A DNA stretch of 24,000 nt from an uncultured Pseudomonadota bacterium (GCA_963697455.1 CAVOOI010000034.1:10811-34810), one strand, 5' to 3'. Positions 15,988 to 24,000 are shown, counted from the stretch's first letter. Notes: generated by a model not told the origin, from the letters alone. Numbers and translations are program-made.

Positions 15988-18450
15988 TTATAGCACTACG
16001 GCACGTTCCCGTTGTAATTCCGTAATGGATTTACGGACGCTTTTTTGCTGGGTGGCGCTAGATTCAGACATTGAATTAATAAATGACATCGACGCTTTAC
16101 TTGCTTTCTCTGGGGTAGTCAACGGGATAAGGTGAGCGCTCGAACTTGAGATGGGAGAAGGTAGACTGTCTGGCGAGCTTGAGCGGCTGCTGCTGATGCC
16201 CAAACTGCTTGGAGACATGGATTGTTTAGAAGAGCTGCTGAAAGGAAGGCTTAGGTGCAGGTCTGACTGGTTAAATTTTAAAGCTGAGAAATTCCCGTTG
16301 ATTTTTTCAATCCGATCGAATTCGGGTCCTGTAAACCACAGTTTTGAGTTGTCCGTATAAGTTTTAAAATGATGTTGCGCAACGCTGAGAATTTGATGAT
16401 AATTGTCGCGGAAAAATCGTCGTAAACCCCGCGCGGATGGTTTTTCCTCCGAAGCATACATTAAATTTACGTTCATCTTAAATTGTAAACATTGATTTTG
16501 AAACCGTTCAAATTCCAGTAGTACCACAGATTTAGAATGTTTGTTTTTTTTGGCGCAGGAAAATAAGGTTAGAGATTGCTTTTCTAAATCTTGCAATTGC
16601 TTACCGAGATCGAGCTGAGGATTTCTTGGAGTAGGAGTCGGATCCACAGGCTTTATTATTTTAGTTATCAGTTGATATTGATGGATTAAATTTTGATATT
16701 CAATCAGCAGTGGGCTATCTTTTGGTAATTTCTGGTATTTAATAATTTTCTCTTCTAGTATAAGCGCAAGGTTAGTTAATTCATTTAAGTTTTCCTCGAT
16801 TGCGCGTAGACTTTTCTCAATTAAGAGTTGAATATCTTCTAAACTTTCGCCGTGTTTAGTCCCATAGTACGTAAGCGCTGTATCTATTTGTTTTTCTAAA
16901 AAATTGCATGAACTGGTGAGATCTTTTATTCGTTGTATACGTTTAGCAGCCATTTCTTCACTATGCGCTAATTTTTTCGAATATTCAGACCCTAAGGTTG
17001 ACACAGAGTCAAACTTGGGTAGAGTGATCTCCCGGAACATAGGCTCTAAAGACTTATTGTAAGTTGGACTTTGGGAAGTGAGGGAGTTTACTCTAAAAAG
17101 ATCTAGTGTGATTTCAGTAGGCGAAAATACTTGTGATTCGGGTAATCTCACATCTTCTCTAACCTCAGTTACTGCTAATTCACTGATATAAGTTTCAACG
17201 ATAGCATGTTCAGCCGTCAGGATTGACTCTTTTTGAGTGAGTAGATCAATTATTTGCTGCAAGACTTCGGCTTCACGCGCAAGTTCATCTTTCTCTGGTT
17301 TTTTTTCTTCAGACTGTGCGGATGGCTTGACAGGAACGAGCTTCGTCACTTTGCCATTGCGAAGTTCGGTCAATTGCGCTTTACCCATGGCCACTCGATC
17401 ATTACTGACTGAATTGGAAGGAAGCTTCCGAAGCTTAGTCACCCCTAATTGCAAAAGACAGGAGTTCAGATCCGATTTAATTTCATGTAATTTTTTTATT
17501 TCAGTTTGAATATTCCCCTTTCTAATTTTTAAGCTAGGCAGATCTTGTTGCATGGAGAGTAACATGATTGGAGTATTGACTAGTTCACTAGTGTTCTCTA
17601 AATCCTTAAGAAGGAAGCCGGCGACTTGAGTATATGTTTCGAAATTCAAATTGGAGTTGGCCAAGTGTAAAATGGTGTTATTAATATAGTCACGCACAGA
17701 CCTTAAATAGCGAGCTAAAATCTGATTTTTTTCTGAAGTTTTATCTAAATCTTTGGCAAGATGACCCAACAGTAAAGCATCCGTAGTAGTATAGAGAAAT
17801 TTAGCTTCGGAGAGAGTATCTTCAGTAATTTTTTCTTGCTTTACCTTCGCTTTGGCGATATGTTTTTTCTTTAATATAGTCACCAATTTTATGCCCAATG
17901 AAATACCTGTGGATACTCCGTAAGTTGCACCGCCGGTTACCACTTCTGTGAGCAAGTGTTGAGTGATCTGCTCAGCCGCTTTGAATAAAGCTTCTTTAGC
18001 TAAGTCTTGTACGGTTTTTCCTAAGAAATTAGCAATGCTAGAAGTGATCCCGCTGTCATTAATGGTTTGCCATTTTTGCAAGGATTTACAAATTTCCTCA
18101 AGGACTGCGATAGCTTGTTCGCTTTGTTCAATTTTTTCTTCATGTTCTAAAAGAAGATCGTGCAAGTGTCTAGCGGTTTCCGCGTCACTTCGTTGTTGAA
18201 ACCAGGTTAATCTACGCATTCTTTCCAGGGCTTCGGCATTGAGTTTTCTGCCTTTATCAATTTTAAGAGAATGTGCGGGCCCGTCCGGAGCTAAAGCACT
18301 ACAAATCATCCTTCTTACTCTGCCTGGTTTCTCGACATTCATAATTAGTTTGAAATCTTTACCTTTTCTAACATCATATTCACCGATGAAAAGGCCATTA
18401 AGAAGCCCGTTGAAAGCAAGAGTGGGTAATGAAGATGAGTCAAAATGCAT
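15988..18450 (-). CDS. Orphan coiled-coil protein (820 aa) with a Gly-rich hydrophobic segment and a Ser-rich C-terminal tail; candidate effector
   Basis: Long ORF with an ATG start at 18450 and AGAGGG ~9 nt upstream. There are long heptad-like, Glu/Lys/Leu/Gln-rich stretches. A hydrophobic segment 'LLTEVVTGGATYGVSTGISLGIKLVTIL' spans aa ~166-193. The Ser-rich tract 'LSLPFSSSSKQSMSPSSLGISSSRSSSPDSLPSPISSSSA' maps to 16135-16254. I recognise no enzymatic motif. Confidence 0.85.
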   Translation of the reverse strand: MHFDSSSLPTLAFNGLLNGLFIGEYDVRKGKDFKLIMNVEKPGRVRRMICSALAPDGPAHSLKIDKGRKLNAEALERMRRLTWFQQRSDAETARHLHDLLLEHEEKIEQSEQAIAVLEEICKSLQKWQTINDSGITSSIANFLGKTVQDLAKEALFKAAEQITQHLLTEVVTGGATYGVSTGISLGIKLVTILKKKHIAKAKVKQEKITEDTLSEAKFLYTTTDALLLGHLAKDLDKTSEKNQILARYLRSVRDYINNTILHLANSNLNFETYTQVAGFLLKDLENTSELVNTPIMLLSMQQDLPSLKIRKGNIQTEIKKLHEIKSDLNSCLLQLGVTKLRKLPSNSVSNDRVAMGKAQLTELRNGKVTKLVPVKPSAQSEEKKPEKDELAREAEVLQQIIDLLTQKESILTAEHAIVETYISELAVTEVREDVRLPESQVFSPTEITLDLFRVNSLTSQSPTYNKSLEPMFREITLPKFDSVSTLGSEYSKKLAHSEEMAAKRIQRIKDLTSSCNFLEKQIDTALTYYGTKHGESLEDIQLLIEKSLRAIEENLNELTNLALILEEKIIKYQKLPKDSPLLIEYQNLIHQYQLITKIIKPVDPTPTPRNPQLDLGKQLQDLEKQSLTLFSCAKKNKHSKSVVLLEFERFQNQCLQFKMNVNLMYASEEKPSARGLRRFFRDNYHQILSVAQHHFKTYTDNSKLWFTGPEFDRIEKINGNFSALKFNQSDLHLSLPFSSSSKQSMSPSSLGISSSRSSSPDSLPSPISSSSAHLIPLTTPEKASKASMSFINSMSESSATQQKSVRKSITELQRERAVVL

Positions 18451-18584
18451 GCGTTAAGCCCTCTGTTAATTAATGGTATGATTATTTGCCGAGCATATCT
18501 TATCTGTTAATTATTAAAATAGTCTTATCAATCTAAATTTTATGTTACAGTATGTGCTTACTTCAAACTAAAGGGATAAAAAAA

Positions 18585-19388
18585 ATGAAGTTTCCAACTG
18601 TAGCAAAAGGCGTTACTGTACAGAAGGACCGTAATGGGATTTTATCATTAACCGATGTAGCCACACTTACCATCTTACTTTTTATTCCTCCATATGAAAC
18701 AGCTCAACTGACTAGGGTTGATAAGGGATGGTTAAACTGCATTGAAAACTCAGTCTATTGGCAAGAAGTGTTGAAGCAGTTCTATGCTTTTGATGCAACT
18801 GGCGCCTTTGCCCGAGTTAAAGCTGATGAAAAATGTAGCTCTAAAGAGATTTATAAAACCCAAGTATTAATCTTAAAAAAGTATATTGAATTTAGCGAGG
18901 GTTCACCCGTTGATCTTTTAAGGTATATTTATTATCGTTCTATTTTTAGTTTTGAACCGATTATTAAGGCTGTTGCGCGAAAGTTAATAAATTTTGGTGA
19001 TGCATTAAAGCTAACTGCAGAGCAGGTTCAGCTAATCAAAAAGGAACAGTATCCGTTGACTGCTATCATTGCATCGGAAGGCTTCCGAGTGACAGCGTTG
19101 CTTAAAGGGATCAGTCAACAAGTTGCTTGGGATGTGCGGTTCACGGAAGCGGATTATGAAAAAATTCCGGTAGGTTGGATGAGCGAAGCAAAGTTGGGCG
19201 CTTTAACGCTGGAACAAATCAAAAAAAGCGGAAGACATGATTTTCTTAAGCTTGATGAAGGAAAACCGGTTAAAACAAGTCAAGAGCAGGTTGTGTTAAG
19301 TACCAACTCAGCAGGTTTTAAACTGACGCTGGCTGCGAATAAAAACAACCTTCAGCCAGTTAATTGTGATAGAATCAATAAAAAATGA
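18585..19388 (+). CDS. F-box-like domain protein (267 aa from ATG 18585; 278 aa if started at 18552)
   Basis: The ORF has an A-rich, weak SD (AAGGGA) before the ATG at 18585. Near the N-terminus, '[45 protein letters not shown]' follows the F-box spacing (L..L..e.l..Il.fL...dl..l..V.K.W..l......lW), although the usual LP dipeptide is absent. The rest is unrecognised and includes two similar 'AL(K/T)L..EQ...IKK' motifs. Confidence 0.75.
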   Translation: MKFPTVAKGVTVQKDRNGILSLTDVATLTILLFIPPYETAQLTRVDKGWLNCIENSVYWQEVLKQFYAFDATGAFARVKADEKCSSKEIYKTQVLILKKYIEFSEGSPVDLLRYIYYRSIFSFEPIIKAVARKLINFGDALKLTAEQVQLIKKEQYPLTAIIASEGFRVTALLKGISQQVAWDVRFTEADYEKIPVGWMSEAKLGALTLEQIKKSGRHDFLKLDEGKPVKTSQEQVVLSTNSAGFKLTLAANKNNLQPVNCDRINKK

Positions 19389-19398
19389 GAATATCCAA

Positions 19399-21282
19399 AT
19401 GTCTTTTGATTCTAAATTTGAAGTGATTGTGGTGGGTGGTGGTCATGCCGGGACCGAGGCTGCGTTGGCTGCAGCGCGCATGGGAGCGGCTACTTTATTG
19501 TTGACGCATAATATTGAAACTTTGGGACAAATGTCTTGCAACCCGGCGATTGGCGGAATTGGCAAAAGTCACCTGGTCAAAGAAATCGATGCATTGGGCG
19601 GCATTATGGCGCATGCGGCTGATTGCGCCGGCATTCATTTCAAAGTATTGAATGGCAGTAAAGGACCCGCGGTGCGCGCAACCCGCGCGCAAGCCGATCG
19701 GGTTTTATATAAAAGTGTTATTCGCCAAACCTTGGAAAACCAAATTAATTTATCCATCTTCCAGCAGGCGGTAGACGATTTAATCATCGAAAATGATAGA
19801 GTCACCGGCGTGATTACGCAAATGGGGCTCCGTTTCTCGGCTCGAACTGTCATTTTAACTGCTGGAACATTTCTGGCGGGAAAAATTCATGTGGGGCTTA
19901 ACCATTATCCGGGAGGGCGAGCCGGGGATCCTCCCGCCGCCACTTTGGCGCAGCGATTACGCGAGCTGCCTTTAATGGTGGGGCGTTTAAAAACGGGCAC
20001 GCCTCCGCGTATCGATGGGCGTACGATTGATTACAGCCGTCTGCAGGAACAGCTAGGCGACGTGCCTCGGCCAGTGATGTCGTATCTGGGACACCCTAGC
20101 CAACACCCGGAACAAGTATCTTGTTTTATAACCCATACGAATGCGCGCACGCATGAAATTATTGCGGAAGGCATGGACGAATCTCCCTTGTATACCGGCA
20201 AAATTGAAGGAGTTGGCCCGCGCTATTGTCCTTCCATCGAAGATAAAATCAAGCGCTTTGCATCTCGCGATTCTCATCAGGTTTTTTTGGAGCCGGAAGG
20301 ATTGCGCACTTGTGAAGTGTATCCGAATGGTATTTCCACTAGTTTATCTTATGCCACTCAGCAAGCATTTGTGCGCAGTATTCCTGGATTGGAAAATGCG
20401 CATATTACTCGTCCAGGTTATGCGATTGAATATGATTATTTTGATCCGCGCAACTTAAAGCCGACTTTGGAGAACAAAGTTATTCAGGGCTTATTTTTTG
20501 CAGGTCAAATTAATGGCACCACCGGTTATGAAGAGGCTGCCGCTCAAGGATTAGTGGCGGGCATCAACGCAGCGTTACAAGTGCAAGAGCGCGAACCTTG
20601 GATAGTACGCCGTGATCAAGCTTATCTCGGCGTGATGATTGATGATTTGATTACGCTAGGTACTAATGAGCCATATCGTATGTTCACGAGCCGCGCTGAA
20701 TACCGGTTGCTGCTGCGGCAAGACAATGCCGATTTACGTTTAACTGAAATTGGCCGGGAATTAGGCTGTGTAAACGACCAGCGCTGGCAAATATTTTGTG
20801 AAAAACGGGCAGGGATTGAGCAAGAAACCCAGCGCTTGCGTCAACATTGGGTACATCCGGGCACGCCTGCTGCGGACCAATTTGGAGCGCTGTTTTCGCA
20901 ACCTTTGGAGCGCGAATATAATGCTTGGGAATTGTTACGGCGCCCTCAGGTCAGCTATGAGCAGTTAACGGCGCTCTCCGGATGTGGCCCTGCGGTTGCT
21001 GATCCTGCGATTGCCGAGCAGGTTGACATTCAAGCTCAATACGACGGTTATTTATCTCGCCAAGAAGCAGAAATTCTTCGACAAAAACAGTATGAGAATG
21101 CGGAAATTCCGGCATCGATTCAATACGCCCAAATTTCCGGCCTCTCTACAGAGCTTCAGCAAAAATTAATGACGGTTAAACCGCTCACCATCGCGCATGC
21201 AAAGCGCATTCCTGGTATGACGCCTGCGGCCATTTCGCTGCTCTTGATTCATTTAAAGAAATTACGTACTCAATTTTCGTGA
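19399..21282 (+). CDS. mnmG: tRNA uridine-5-carboxymethylaminomethyl(34) synthesis enzyme MnmG (GidA)
   Basis: The protein is near-colinear with E. coli MnmG as I recall it. Shared blocks are '[23 protein letters not shown]' (FAD fold), '[28 protein letters not shown]', '[13 protein letters not shown]', '[17 protein letters not shown]', '[13 protein letters not shown]' and '[19 protein letters not shown]'. I set the start at the ATG at 19399 ('[16 protein letters not shown]'), giving 627 aa. The ORF-track start at 19366 adds 11 non-conserved residues and overlaps the upstream gene. Confidence 0.97.
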   Translation: MSFDSKFEVIVVGGGHAGTEAALAAARMGAATLLLTHNIETLGQMSCNPAIGGIGKSHLVKEIDALGGIMAHAADCAGIHFKVLNGSKGPAVRATRAQADRVLYKSVIRQTLENQINLSIFQQAVDDLIIENDRVTGVITQMGLRFSARTVILTAGTFLAGKIHVGLNHYPGGRAGDPPAATLAQRLRELPLMVGRLKTGTPPRIDGRTIDYSRLQEQLGDVPRPVMSYLGHPSQHPEQVSCFITHTNARTHEIIAEGMDESPLYTGKIEGVGPRYCPSIEDKIKRFASRDSHQVFLEPEGLRTCEVYPNGISTSLSYATQQAFVRSIPGLENAHITRPGYAIEYDYFDPRNLKPTLENKVIQGLFFAGQINGTTGYEEAAAQGLVAGINAALQVQEREPWIVRRDQAYLGVMIDDLITLGTNEPYRMFTSRAEYRLLLRQDNADLRLTEIGRELGCVNDQRWQIFCEKRAGIEQETQRLRQHWVHPGTPAADQFGALFSQPLEREYNAWELLRRPQVSYEQLTALSGCGPAVADPAIAEQVDIQAQYDGYLSRQEAEILRQKQYENAEIPASIQYAQISGLSTELQQKLMTVKPLTIAHAKRIPGMTPAAISLLLIHLKKLRTQFS

Positions 21283-21287
21283 GTCCA

Positions 21288-21755
21288 CTATTGTAATGGT
21301 TTTCTATGGATTTTACGCATGGTTTGTAAAACATCAATTAAGTGCGGAAAATCTTTACTCAGCTTAGTAAAGAGTTCGGGATCATATACCCATTGAAAGT
21401 TGGCATGAGTTAATAAATGGTAAGCTTGTTGCCCTACACCAATAAAATATTCCAAAGAGACATGTTTCCGCGCTGCCCTTTCCGGAAATAAGCCTGCTAA
21501 TAGCAGGCATTCATCGCCCACCTTGCGGATTTTGCCGCCGCCTTCCTGGCCTAACGAATTTAATGCCAAGAGAAAATCAAGCGCCACTACTGCAGTTGCT
21601 AAATGGTTATCCGTCATAAATTGCTCTAAGGTCAACACTAAATAATGTTCGACTTGATCATCACAACGATAACCCGTTTGCTCTGCGGCTTCTTTAACTA
21701 AAGTTTGAAAATGGTGCATCTTCATAAGGTAAGTATAGAATAGTTTGGTGGTCAA
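21288..21755 (-). CDS. Hypothetical protein (~145-155 aa), apparently co-transcribed downstream of the GT-C gene
   Basis: The ORF begins 15 nt after the stop of the upstream membrane-protein gene. The track start at 21755 is a TTG, with ATG alternatives at 21725 and 21719 ('MKMHHFQTLVKEAAEQ'). I recognise no motif. It converges on mnmG with a 5-nt gap. Confidence 0.65.
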   Translation of the reverse strand: MTTKLFYTYLMKMHHFQTLVKEAAEQTGYRCDDQVEHYLVLTLEQFMTDNHLATAVVALDFLLALNSLGQEGGGKIRKVGDECLLLAGLFPERAARKHVSLEYFIGVGQQAYHLLTHANFQWVYDPELFTKLSKDFPHLIDVLQTMRKIHRKPLQ

Positions 21756-21770
21756 AATTGCATAAAATAC

Positions 21771-23117
21771 TTATATTGTCGAGGGCGTCTTATAGACATC
21801 CCGATAATAAGCTAAAGCACCGTTAATCACTAACAAAAGAAAAATCAGCAAGCCCCAGCAAGGGCCTCCATAATAGTCCCATGCGGTATTGGGCAAGCCG
21901 AGCCATGCAGAAGGAAATATCAGTGTAAATTGAGAAATCAGAATACCCGCTAGCACCGGCCAGCTTTTGACGCCTGCACGTGGGAACCATAACATAACCA
22001 CCGCGAAAAGATTGAAATTGAGTAGAAGAATTAAATGCAGCCGAGTACACTGCGGGCTTAATATCAACATGCAGAGCAACATGGCGCACCACTCCAGGTT
22101 GATAATTATCTTTTCCTGCTGTGGATTTCCTAATGTTGGTGGCGTCCGCCAGATAAACGCAACGCCTTGGCGTTTAAACATCCACCATAGGAGTAAGAAA
22201 ATTAAGCAGGCTAGGGCAAGGACAAAAAGGTACGCGCTGTCTTTTGACCAGCCATGATCCAAAAAAAACCGAGTCACGCTGCTGCTGATAGAGATATTCC
22301 CTTTCCACAGCATCTTGGGAACCTTCGCTGCGTAAGAAACTGGAAGCTTAGTCGAATTGGTCATACTGGTAATGCCGCGCAAGGCAACCAGCAGATAGTC
22401 TAAATTAAGGCGCCATCCAATCATTAAAGCCGGGGCCAAGGCTGCCGTCACTGCGCCAGCCACCAAACCGATCGCCATTCGCCATCTTGCTCTTAGTAAT
22501 AAAAAAGGCAGGAAAAAAAGCGCTTGATATTTAATATTTGAGATCAATCCAAGCACGATTCCGGCGAGAACAGGTTTGCGGTCTAACCAATATAGTGCGA
22601 AGACAAAGCCGGCGAGAATCAAGAGGTTGGTTTGCCCATGGATTAAATTCCAGCGTAGTTGATCGTAGGATAACAATATTGTGAGTGAACAGGCGCCGAT
22701 TGCCTGCCAGCGGTTATAAGTGAGCTGCAAACCTGACGCCAATATGCGAAACCCCATCATTAAAATCAGTATAAGTAGTGAGATATCCACTCCTAACCAC
22801 ACTAAATGCGCGAATTTTTCGGAATAATGCGCCAAAGGAGTCAGGGTGAAGGCAAAGAACGGAGGATAGATATAACCGCCGAAGCCTGAGCGGTACAGGT
22901 AGGTCCCTGAAAGCAGGGCGCGTGCGCCCTCATAGAAATCATAAAAATCATAATGATGAGAACTGTGGAACACTCGATGAATGTCGCCATAAATAGAGTA
23001 CAGAATCACAGCGATTGCCAGGCCAGCTAATAAGAAGTTCCAACGATTACCTGGTGAGTTCTTGATTGCGCAATCCGGCGCGGTAATTAAATATTTCATA
23101 GGCAGGCAGTTTACCAT
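21771..23117 (-). CDS. Polytopic membrane glycosyltransferase, GT-C fold (DUF2029/GT87-like)
   Basis: 448-aa ORF with ~10 or more hydrophobic helices. The first loop has an acidic/aromatic motif ('HHYDFYDFYEGARALLSG') followed by 'GGYIYPPFFAFTLTPLA'. This is the hallmark Y-x-Y-P-P...P-L pattern of DUF2029/GT87-type mannosyltransferase-like proteins. The family call is from memory of the motif only. Confidence 0.7.
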   Translation of the reverse strand: MVNCLPMKYLITAPDCAIKNSPGNRWNFLLAGLAIAVILYSIYGDIHRVFHSSHHYDFYDFYEGARALLSGTYLYRSGFGGYIYPPFFAFTLTPLAHYSEKFAHLVWLGVDISLLILILMMGFRILASGLQLTYNRWQAIGACSLTILLSYDQLRWNLIHGQTNLLILAGFVFALYWLDRKPVLAGIVLGLISNIKYQALFFLPFLLLRARWRMAIGLVAGAVTAALAPALMIGWRLNLDYLLVALRGITSMTNSTKLPVSYAAKVPKMLWKGNISISSSVTRFFLDHGWSKDSAYLFVLALACLIFLLLWWMFKRQGVAFIWRTPPTLGNPQQEKIIINLEWCAMLLCMLILSPQCTRLHLILLLNFNLFAVVMLWFPRAGVKSWPVLAGILISQFTLIFPSAWLGLPNTAWDYYGGPCWGLLIFLLLVINGALAYYRDVYKTPSTI

Positions 23118-23217
23118 ATTTACCGGGATTCTCCCAGAAACGGGGATGCATCTCGGGCCTGCCTTCTGATAGGGTTTTCTGATAAAATTGGAAAAATTGT
23201 TATTTAAAGAAAGAAAT

Positions 23218-23237
23218 CTCCGGGGGTTGCCCCGGAG
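23218..23237 (-). terminator. Intrinsic-terminator-like hairpin (8-bp GC-rich stem, 4-nt loop) followed by a U-tract on the minus strand
   Basis: The sequence ctccgggg-gttg-ccccggag was verified pair by pair. On the minus strand the following sequence is AUUUCUUUCUUUAAAUAACAAUUUUU. There is no upstream minus-strand gene to terminate. It therefore ends a short independent transcript or acts as an attenuator in the leader of the GT-C gene. Confidence 0.4.
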
Positions 23238-23287
23238 TCAGAGCGATGGGGTTTCCAAAGGGGGAGAAGCGCAGCTCTCCCATTTAG

Positions 23288-23320
23288 TCGACAGCCGTGA
23301 ATTTACTTCACGGCTGTCGA
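23288..23320. repeat. Perfect 14-bp inverted repeat with a 5-nt spacer (tcgacagccgtgaa-tttac-ttcacggctgtcga)
   Basis: The arms are exact reverse complements. It is located in the 235-nt divergent intergenic region, 33 nt upstream of the ATG at 23353. It could be a protein operator (dyad symmetry) or an RNA hairpin. Confidence 0.5.
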
Positions 23321-23352
23321 AATCTAACAGAGATAAAAAACTAGGAGAAGAG

Positions 23353-24000
23353 ATGGATTGGCTGCAACCTGCAGACTCAATTTTGCGTCAGAGACGGTTT
23401 GGTTTAACCACGATTTTCGCTGCTTTGCTTAAACGTAAAACTGCGCGCCGTGTTTTTTACCTTTTGCTGCTCTCGGCAGGGATATACAACGTCTTATTAA
23501 ATGCCCTGCGATTTGCGCGCATTGATTCTGATGTGACGGATACCCTCATGCTGTGGTATGGGTTCCAAGAGCATGGTTATAATTTTATTAAAACCTGGGT
23601 TTATTCGCAGGATAATTGGCTTCTATCACTATTCCCTTGGCATGCATTGCTGTTCTCTATTTTTCCGTTTACCCCCAAGCTGATTATACTAACCGGTGTC
23701 TGGATATATTTATTGAACGTGCTGTTGTGCGGCTTAATCGCCAACAGTATTCAGGCAAAAAAATCAGCTTTATTAGTGCCCTTGCTGCTGTTATCCGCCG
23801 GTGAATTCGCATATACCCATGGATATATAACTTATTCTCTCACTCACAATATCACCAATTTTTTTGGTTTATTATCCATGTTCTTCGCCATCCGCTGGAT
23901 CCAGCATCGCCACTGGGCCTCATTGGTCATCCTTTTTTTAGGAACTGTCATTGGTGGATTGTCCGATCCCTGGTATTTACCGTGTTATGGCTTGCCTATT
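23353..24000 (+). CDS. Polytopic membrane protein, partial (216 codons, runs off the window end); possibly a second GT-C/ArnT-like glycosyltransferase
   Basis: It is not in the ORF track because no stop falls in the window. AGGAG lies 4 nt before the ATG at 23353. My translation is 'MDWLQPADSILRQRRFGLTTIFAALLKRKTARRVFYLLLLSAGIYNVLLNALRFARIDSDVTDTLMLWYGFQEHGYNF...LFPWHALLFSIFPF...', open to 24000. It shows several TM helices, with an acidic 'IDSDVTD' in the first loop as in GT-C enzymes. The family assignment is weak. Confidence 0.7.
   Translation, partial: MDWLQPADSILRQRRFGLTTIFAALLKRKTARRVFYLLLLSAGIYNVLLNALRFARIDSDVTDTLMLWYGFQEHGYNFIKTWVYSQDNWLLSLFPWHALLFSIFPFTPKLIILTGVWIYLLNVLLCGLIANSIQAKKSALLVPLLLLSAGEFAYTHGYITYSLTHNITNFFGLLSMFFAIRWIQHRHWASLVILFLGTVIGGLSDPWYLPCYGLPI

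Noticed and set aside
15720-16025. A 101-aa + strand ORF covering the ubiB upstream spacer.
   Set aside because: It overlaps both flanking minus-strand genes, and its central part is the palindrome cluster. The palindromes explain the open frame better than coding does.
19366-19398. N-terminal extensions given by the ORF track for mnmG (19366), the TPR/tail-anchor gene (8685) and the F-box gene (18552).
   Set aside because: For mnmG, the conserved N-terminus begins at the ATG at 19399. For the 427-aa gene, the ATG at 8601 has a well-spaced AAGGAG, whereas 8685 would overlap the upstream gene by 73 nt. For the F-box gene, 18585 is preferred but 18552 cannot be excluded.
1-24000. A search by eye for tRNA/rRNA genes, CRISPR repeat-spacer arrays, IS terminal inverted repeats and integrase genes.
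   Set aside because: The intergenic spacers (300-637, 4854-5120, 15764-15987, 18451-18584, 23118-23352) contain no cloverleaf-compatible sequence, no regularly spaced repeats and no transposase- or integrase-like ORF.

Overview
This 24-kb segment reads as a gammaproteobacterial chromosome. I infer a Legionellales-like intracellular lineage from the MnmG and UbiB sequences plus the gene content; I ran no database search. Two housekeeping genes are unambiguous: ubiB (14123-15763, -) and mnmG (19399-21282, +). The right end (21288-24000) holds two divergently transcribed GT-C-type polytopic membrane proteins and a small ORF. The rest is a run of large, visibly AT-richer orphan genes carrying eukaryote-type or host-interaction-type modules:
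- a Sel1-repeat protein
- a 933-aa orphan with a K7 NLS-like tract
- a vWA/MIDAS protein whose reading frame is broken twice
- a 1828-aa giant with TPR-like segments, a bilobed glycine-rich hydrophobic hairpin and three ~125-aa tandem repeats
- a translationally coupled TPR-like protein with a C-terminal tail anchor
- an 820-aa coiled-coil protein with a Ser-rich tail
- a small protein with an F-box-like N-terminus

I interpret 638-19388 as a candidate secreted-effector island of the Dot/Icm-substrate type. This is an inference; no secretion genes are in the window. The left edge carries a 5'-truncated DUF1016/YhcG-like nuclease fragment that ends at a 9-bp tandem duplication. Non-coding observations are a PmrA-like tandem TAATAT site upstream of the 933-aa gene, a three-hairpin element with a terminator-like end in the GT-GT intergenic region, a palindrome cluster upstream of ubiB, and an 11-nt direct repeat in the 820-aa/F-box divergent promoter region. 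I saw no rRNA, tRNA, CRISPR array or intact IS element.
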